From contig JANZKC010000001.1 of assembly GCA_025061115.1 (NCBI GenBank), forward strand, positions 160,001 through 224,000: a DNA stretch of 64,000 bases. Direction: 5' to 3'. This stretch comes from Candidatus Culexmicrobium cathedralense (GTDB lineage Archaea; Thermoproteota; Methanomethylicia; Culexarchaeales; Culexmicrobiaceae). Under the pieces are notes generated by a model. The model saw nothing but the letters and a program-made list of their open reading frames with translations, did no database searches and was not told where the DNA came from. This document shows, in pieces, positions 60,195 through 64,000 of this stretch (its first letter is position 1; the number at the start of each line of letters is the position of its first letter). Position numbers and translations under genes: made by a program.

Positions 60195-60989
60195 ATGGAT
60201 AATAAAATCATAGTCAAGAATTTAACCATAAAATATGGAGACTTTAAAGCATTAGAAAACGTGAGCTTTAAAGTTCAATTACCCAAATTCGTAACCATAA
60301 TGGGTCCAAATGGAGCAGGTAAAACGACGCTATTAAAGGCGCTAATAGGGCTAATCAAGCCGAGCAATGGAAGCATCAGCGTTCTCGGATACGACCCAAT
60401 AAAAGATGGATTTAAGCTTAGAAAAATCATAGGCTACGTGCCGCAGAGGGAAAGAATTGAAACGACAATTCCAGTTAAAGTTAAAAGCGTAGTCTTAATG
60501 GGGCTAATCTGCAAGAAAAGCATTCCGAGAATTCCATCAAGCAAAGACATAACAGCAGCAAAAAATGCACTAGCCAAAGTTGAACTTCAAGACCTATGGA
60601 ATAAGCGGTTTTCAGAGCTCTCTGCAGGACAGCAGCAAAGAGTACTCATCGCTAGAGCACTAGCGTCAAATCCAAAACTACTTCTACTAGATGAACCGCT
60701 AACAGCCATCGACGTTAAAAGCCAGTGGGAAATACTTGAAACCCTTAAGAAACTTAAAGATGAGCATAACATTGGAGTGATAATGGTTACTCACGACATA
60801 AATCCAGTAGTGGAATACACGGATGAAGTAATGTTACTAAATAGGAAACTAATTGCACACGGCAAGCTGCAAAATGTACTGACCAATGAAAAATTAAAAG
60901 AAGCTTATGGTCCAAACGTTAGAGTTGTAGTCTCAGGAGAGCTCTGCTACGCTATTATAGGTGATGTTCATGCTAGACATGTTAGTTAA
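60195..60989 (+). CDS. Zn/Mn ABC transporter ATPase (ZnuC-like)
   Basis: GPNGAGKT, GYVPQR, LSAGQQQR, LLDEP, VTHD. Confidence 0.92.
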   Translation: MDNKIIVKNLTIKYGDFKALENVSFKVQLPKFVTIMGPNGAGKTTLLKALIGLIKPSNGSISVLGYDPIKDGFKLRKIIGYVPQRERIETTIPVKVKSVVLMGLICKKSIPRIPSSKDITAAKNALAKVELQDLWNKRFSELSAGQQQRVLIARALASNPKLLLLDEPLTAIDVKSQWEILETLKKLKDEHNIGVIMVTHDINPVVEYTDEVMLLNRKLIAHGKLQNVLTNEKLKEAYGPNVRVVVSGELCYAIIGDVHARHVS

Positions 60990-61827
60990 AAATCCATTCC
61001 TACTAAGAGCCATAATTGGAGTTGTATTAGCATCATTTGCTTCAGCTACAATGGGATCATTCACAGTGCTAAGAGGAATAACATTTCTAACTGCAGAAGT
61101 AGCTCACGCAGCTCTTGGAGGAGCAGCCTTAGGAGTATTCCTACAAAGCTCAGGAATAGCGCCATGGATAGACCCATTTTACGTAGCAACAATATTCGCA
61201 GTTGTAACAGCAATTCTCACCGGATATGCTGGAGAAAGAGGACACACCATCAAGATGGAAACCGCAATAGGAGTAGCCTTTGCAGTGAGCATGTCACTTG
61301 CAGTCACAATGGTGGGGCTAATACCATCAGAAAAGCTGCCAAAAATCTGGGGATACCTAATTGGAGATGTACTCCTACTCACATACGACGACATCCTCTC
61401 ACTACTCATCATAACCATAGCAGTTGTTATTTTAACGACGCTATTCTGCAAAGAATTCTCATACATATCCTTCGACATTGAGGGAGCAGCTGCAGCCGGC
61501 TTAAACGTCAAGGCATATCATTATGCGATGATAATTCTATCAGCACTAGCAATTGTAGTCTCAACCAAAACTGTGGGATCAATACTGGTCTACGCATTCA
61601 TGGTTGCGCCAGCAGCAACAGCCTTAGAATTAGCTTCAAACGTGCCGAGCGTAATGATAATATCACTTCTACTCTCACTAACATGCGGACTAGCTGGAAT
61701 TGCAATATCATTTACAGTTAACTTAGCTCCAAGCGGAATAACTGGACTTCTCCTATCAGCAATTTATATAATAACAATATTTACAGCACCATTAGCAAAG
61801 AGAGCTAAAGCAAGACTTCACAAATAA
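60961..61827 (+). CDS. Zn/Mn ABC transporter permease (ZnuB-like, ABC-3)
   Basis: AHAALGG, YLIGDVL, SFD...A...G, VGSILV.A....PA. Confidence 0.92.
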   Translation: MMFMLDMLVKNPFLLRAIIGVVLASFASATMGSFTVLRGITFLTAEVAHAALGGAALGVFLQSSGIAPWIDPFYVATIFAVVTAILTGYAGERGHTIKMETAIGVAFAVSMSLAVTMVGLIPSEKLPKIWGYLIGDVLLLTYDDILSLLIITIAVVILTTLFCKEFSYISFDIEGAAAAGLNVKAYHYAMIILSALAIVVSTKTVGSILVYAFMVAPAATALELASNVPSVMIISLLLSLTCGLAGIAISFTVNLAPSGITGLLLSAIYIITIFTAPLAKRAKARLHK

Positions 61828-61928
61828 ACGAAAAGAAAGCCGCAAAGCCAATCAAAGCATCTATATAAGCTTTACTAAGTAAAATTTATACCTCACATCA
61901 ATTCGAAACAGCATAAAGGGGGAAGCAA

Positions 61929-63665
61929 ACGGGGAAAAAGCGGATTAATATAAAAAGCCTAACGATACCAGAATACGTAGAGCGATGGGCATTACTCGAC
62001 ATTCTAGGAGGATTGGCAGGAGTAATTGGTGGATTAGGAGCAATAATCTTTAGATTAATGATCGACGTAAACAGGCAAATCTTCTACACCCACATGCTAA
62101 AATACTTAACATTAAAAGTTAATGAATACAACATTGGATTAGCAATATTACCCCTAATAGGAGGACTTATAGTAGGACTAATTACAACAAAGTTCGCTCC
62201 AGAGGCAAAAGGACATGGCGTGCCAGAGGTAATGGAGGCAATATACCTTCGCGGAGGAAGCATTAGAAGTAGAGTAGCTTTAGCAAAGATAATCGCATCA
62301 TCAATAACCATAGGGTCAGGTGGAAGCGCTGGGAGAGAAGGACCCATAGCTCAAATAGGCGCAACAATGGGATCAATAATAGGAAAAATATTCAAATTTA
62401 CACCAAAGGAAAAGCGGCTTCTAGTTGTCTGCGGATTAGCTGCAGGAATAGCTGGGACATTCAATGCCCCACTTGGAGGAGCACTATTTGGAATGGAAGT
62501 GCTGTATAGAGGTGTAGAGCCATTCGACGCGATACCAATAATAATCGCAGTTGTAATAGGAACAGCTGTAGCCACATCCTACCTCGGAACGCAGCCAGCA
62601 TTTAGCACCGCAGGATTAACATTTCAAGAACCAATTGAACTTCTCTTCTACGCACTGCTAGGTATAATATTCGGATTCATAGCCGTACTATGGGTAAAGC
62701 TATTCTACCTCATTGAAAGAGCATTTGGCAAAGCAAAAATCTCGGAACCAATAAAGCCTGCAATAGGTGGACTATTAACAGGCCTAATAGGAGCAATGCT
62801 TTATCAGTATGGCATATTAGGCGTAGGATACAATGGAATAGAGGCAGCACTTGCAGGCAAACTGCCGGGAATGATGCTCCTATCCCTAGGAATCATAAAA
62901 ATGATTGCAACAAGCTTCACTGTAGGCTCTGGTGGAAGCGGAGGCATATTCGCGCCAACCCTATATATAGGATGCATGATTGGCGGCAGCATTGGACTTC
63001 TATTTAAGCAACTCGCCCCAACACTAATTTCACAGCCATTCACCTACTCATTAGCTGGGATGGCTGCACTTTTTGCAGGAGCAGCGCAAGCCCCACTAAC
63101 AGTTATGATAATGATCCCTGAAATGTCAAATAACTACACCCTACTTCTTCCACTAATGGTATCCAGCGCCCTAAGCTACTTCATTGCATGGACCTTCATG
63201 AAAGGCTCCTCAATATACACGCTAAAGCTAGAACAAAGAGGGGTGCACATAAAGGTTGGAAGACCTGAAATCCTAGACATGATAATGGTGAAGGAAGTGA
63301 TGAGTAAAAAGGTAATATCAGTAAAAGCAGATATGCCCGTTTCACTTCTAGAGCTAATGATATTCGAAACAGGTCACACTGGATTTCCAGTAGTAGAAAA
63401 TGGAGAGCTAGTGGGAATAGTTACGATAGAGGATGTAGGGAAAGTAAAGCCTGAGGAAAGAAATAAGGTAAAGGTTGGAGAAATAGCGACAAGAAAGCCG
63501 GTAGTAGCTTACCCGGAAGAAAATTTAAACTCAGTACTATCAAAAATGTATGAATATAAGGTTGGCAGGCTGCCGGTAGTAGACCCAAAAGACAGCACGA
63601 AGCTACTTGGAATAATATCAAAGACAGACATCCTAAGAGCATACAAGAAGTTCAAGGAAATATAG
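61929..63665 (+). CDS. CLC chloride channel/antiporter with C-terminal CBS pair
   Basis: GHGVPE, GSAGREGP, FNAPLGG, GGIFAP, SIY; two CBS domains. The frame is open upstream of TTG 62013 to ACG 61929. Confidence 0.9.
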   Translation, partial: TGKKRINIKSLTIPEYVERWALLDILGGLAGVIGGLGAIIFRLMIDVNRQIFYTHMLKYLTLKVNEYNIGLAILPLIGGLIVGLITTKFAPEAKGHGVPEVMEAIYLRGGSIRSRVALAKIIASSITIGSGGSAGREGPIAQIGATMGSIIGKIFKFTPKEKRLLVVCGLAAGIAGTFNAPLGGALFGMEVLYRGVEPFDAIPIIIAVVIGTAVATSYLGTQPAFSTAGLTFQEPIELLFYALLGIIFGFIAVLWVKLFYLIERAFGKAKISEPIKPAIGGLLTGLIGAMLYQYGILGVGYNGIEAALAGKLPGMMLLSLGIIKMIATSFTVGSGGSGGIFAPTLYIGCMIGGSIGLLFKQLAPTLISQPFTYSLAGMAALFAGAAQAPLTVMIMIPEMSNNYTLLLPLMVSSALSYFIAWTFMKGSSIYTLKLEQRGVHIKVGRPEILDMIMVKEVMSKKVISVKADMPVSLLELMIFETGHTGFPVVENGELVGIVTIEDVGKVKPEERNKVKVGEIATRKPVVAYPEENLNSVLSKMYEYKVGRLPVVDPKDSTKLLGIISKTDILRAYKKFKEI

Positions 63666-63673
63666 TCGGCAAC

Positions 63674-64000
63674 CTAGCGGGAGCGCTTAAAGCGGAAGCG
63701 CTTCAAAGAAATTCTGGCAGTCAATATTTTTTCTGTTGTAAAAAGCTTAGCAGCAACGTACATGACGATGATCGTTAAAATCACCATGTAAATTATGCCC
63801 CCCAAGATAGTTGCATAGTCGTCAAGTATCGCCGCTTTTGCAGCCAAAATCGGATGAGTGTATGGAATAGCGTAGAGAATAATTTGAAGAGGCATCGGCA
63901 GAGACTTAATGTCTATGAACATAAGTATGAATGACGGAATAAAAACGATTGTATATAGGTAACCAACAACTGCTTGAGCACTCCTCACATCTTCAGTAAA
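63674..64000 (-). CDS. ABC-2/NatB-like permease, C-terminal part (5' end beyond the window)
   Basis: D.RSAQ, IPYTH, TM helices, LF..EKIL. Confidence 0.75.
   Translation of the reverse strand, partial: FTEDVRSAQAVVGYLYTIVFIPSFILMFIDIKSLPMPLQIILYAIPYTHPILAAKAAILDDYATILGGIIYMVILTIIVMYVAAKLFTTEKILTARISLKRFRFKRSR

Noticed and set aside
61929-63665. Fluoride-specific CLC with a crcB riboswitch
   Set aside because: Motifs are GHGVP/GREGP/GIFAP rather than the CLC-F type, and no riboswitch consensus is seen upstream

Overview
Archaeal chromosomal window, most likely Thermoproteota/TACK (inferred from gene content such as NreA, CDC48/VAT, IorAB, Tpt1 and a C/D-box sRNA, plus GGTGA/GGAGG ribosome-binding sites). 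The first ~13 kb is an AT-rich, decaying accessory region. It holds gene remnants, a secreted metzincin protease, a triply frameshifted TdeIII/MjaII-like restriction endonuclease, a 15-bp direct repeat (950/4849), and a NEW3-domain/ABC exporter cassette bracketed by two convergent paralogous surface proteins. The remaining ~51 kb is dense housekeeping and metabolic sequence: Mo-oxidoreductase, IorAB, amidohydrolases, DNA repair genes, CDC48, ECF S-components, HypA/HypB, Tpt1, glycerate kinase, DtxR + metal ABC importer and CLC-CBS. The best leads are (1) a threonine-synthase fold whose PLP lysine is replaced by Met, fused to a PadR-like wHTH (candidate pseudo-enzyme sensor regulator); (2) a single-chain RaSEA radical SAM + ArcS-core (DUF5591) fusion; (3) an operon of three tiny Trp/Tyr/Pro-rich low-complexity proteins behind a perfect 22-bp palindrome; (4) a PfkB kinase with a C-terminal PIP-box-like motif; and (5) an unannotated box C/D sRNA. 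No tRNA, rRNA, CRISPR array or intact transposase was seen. All family calls come from motif recognition by eye; no database searches were run.
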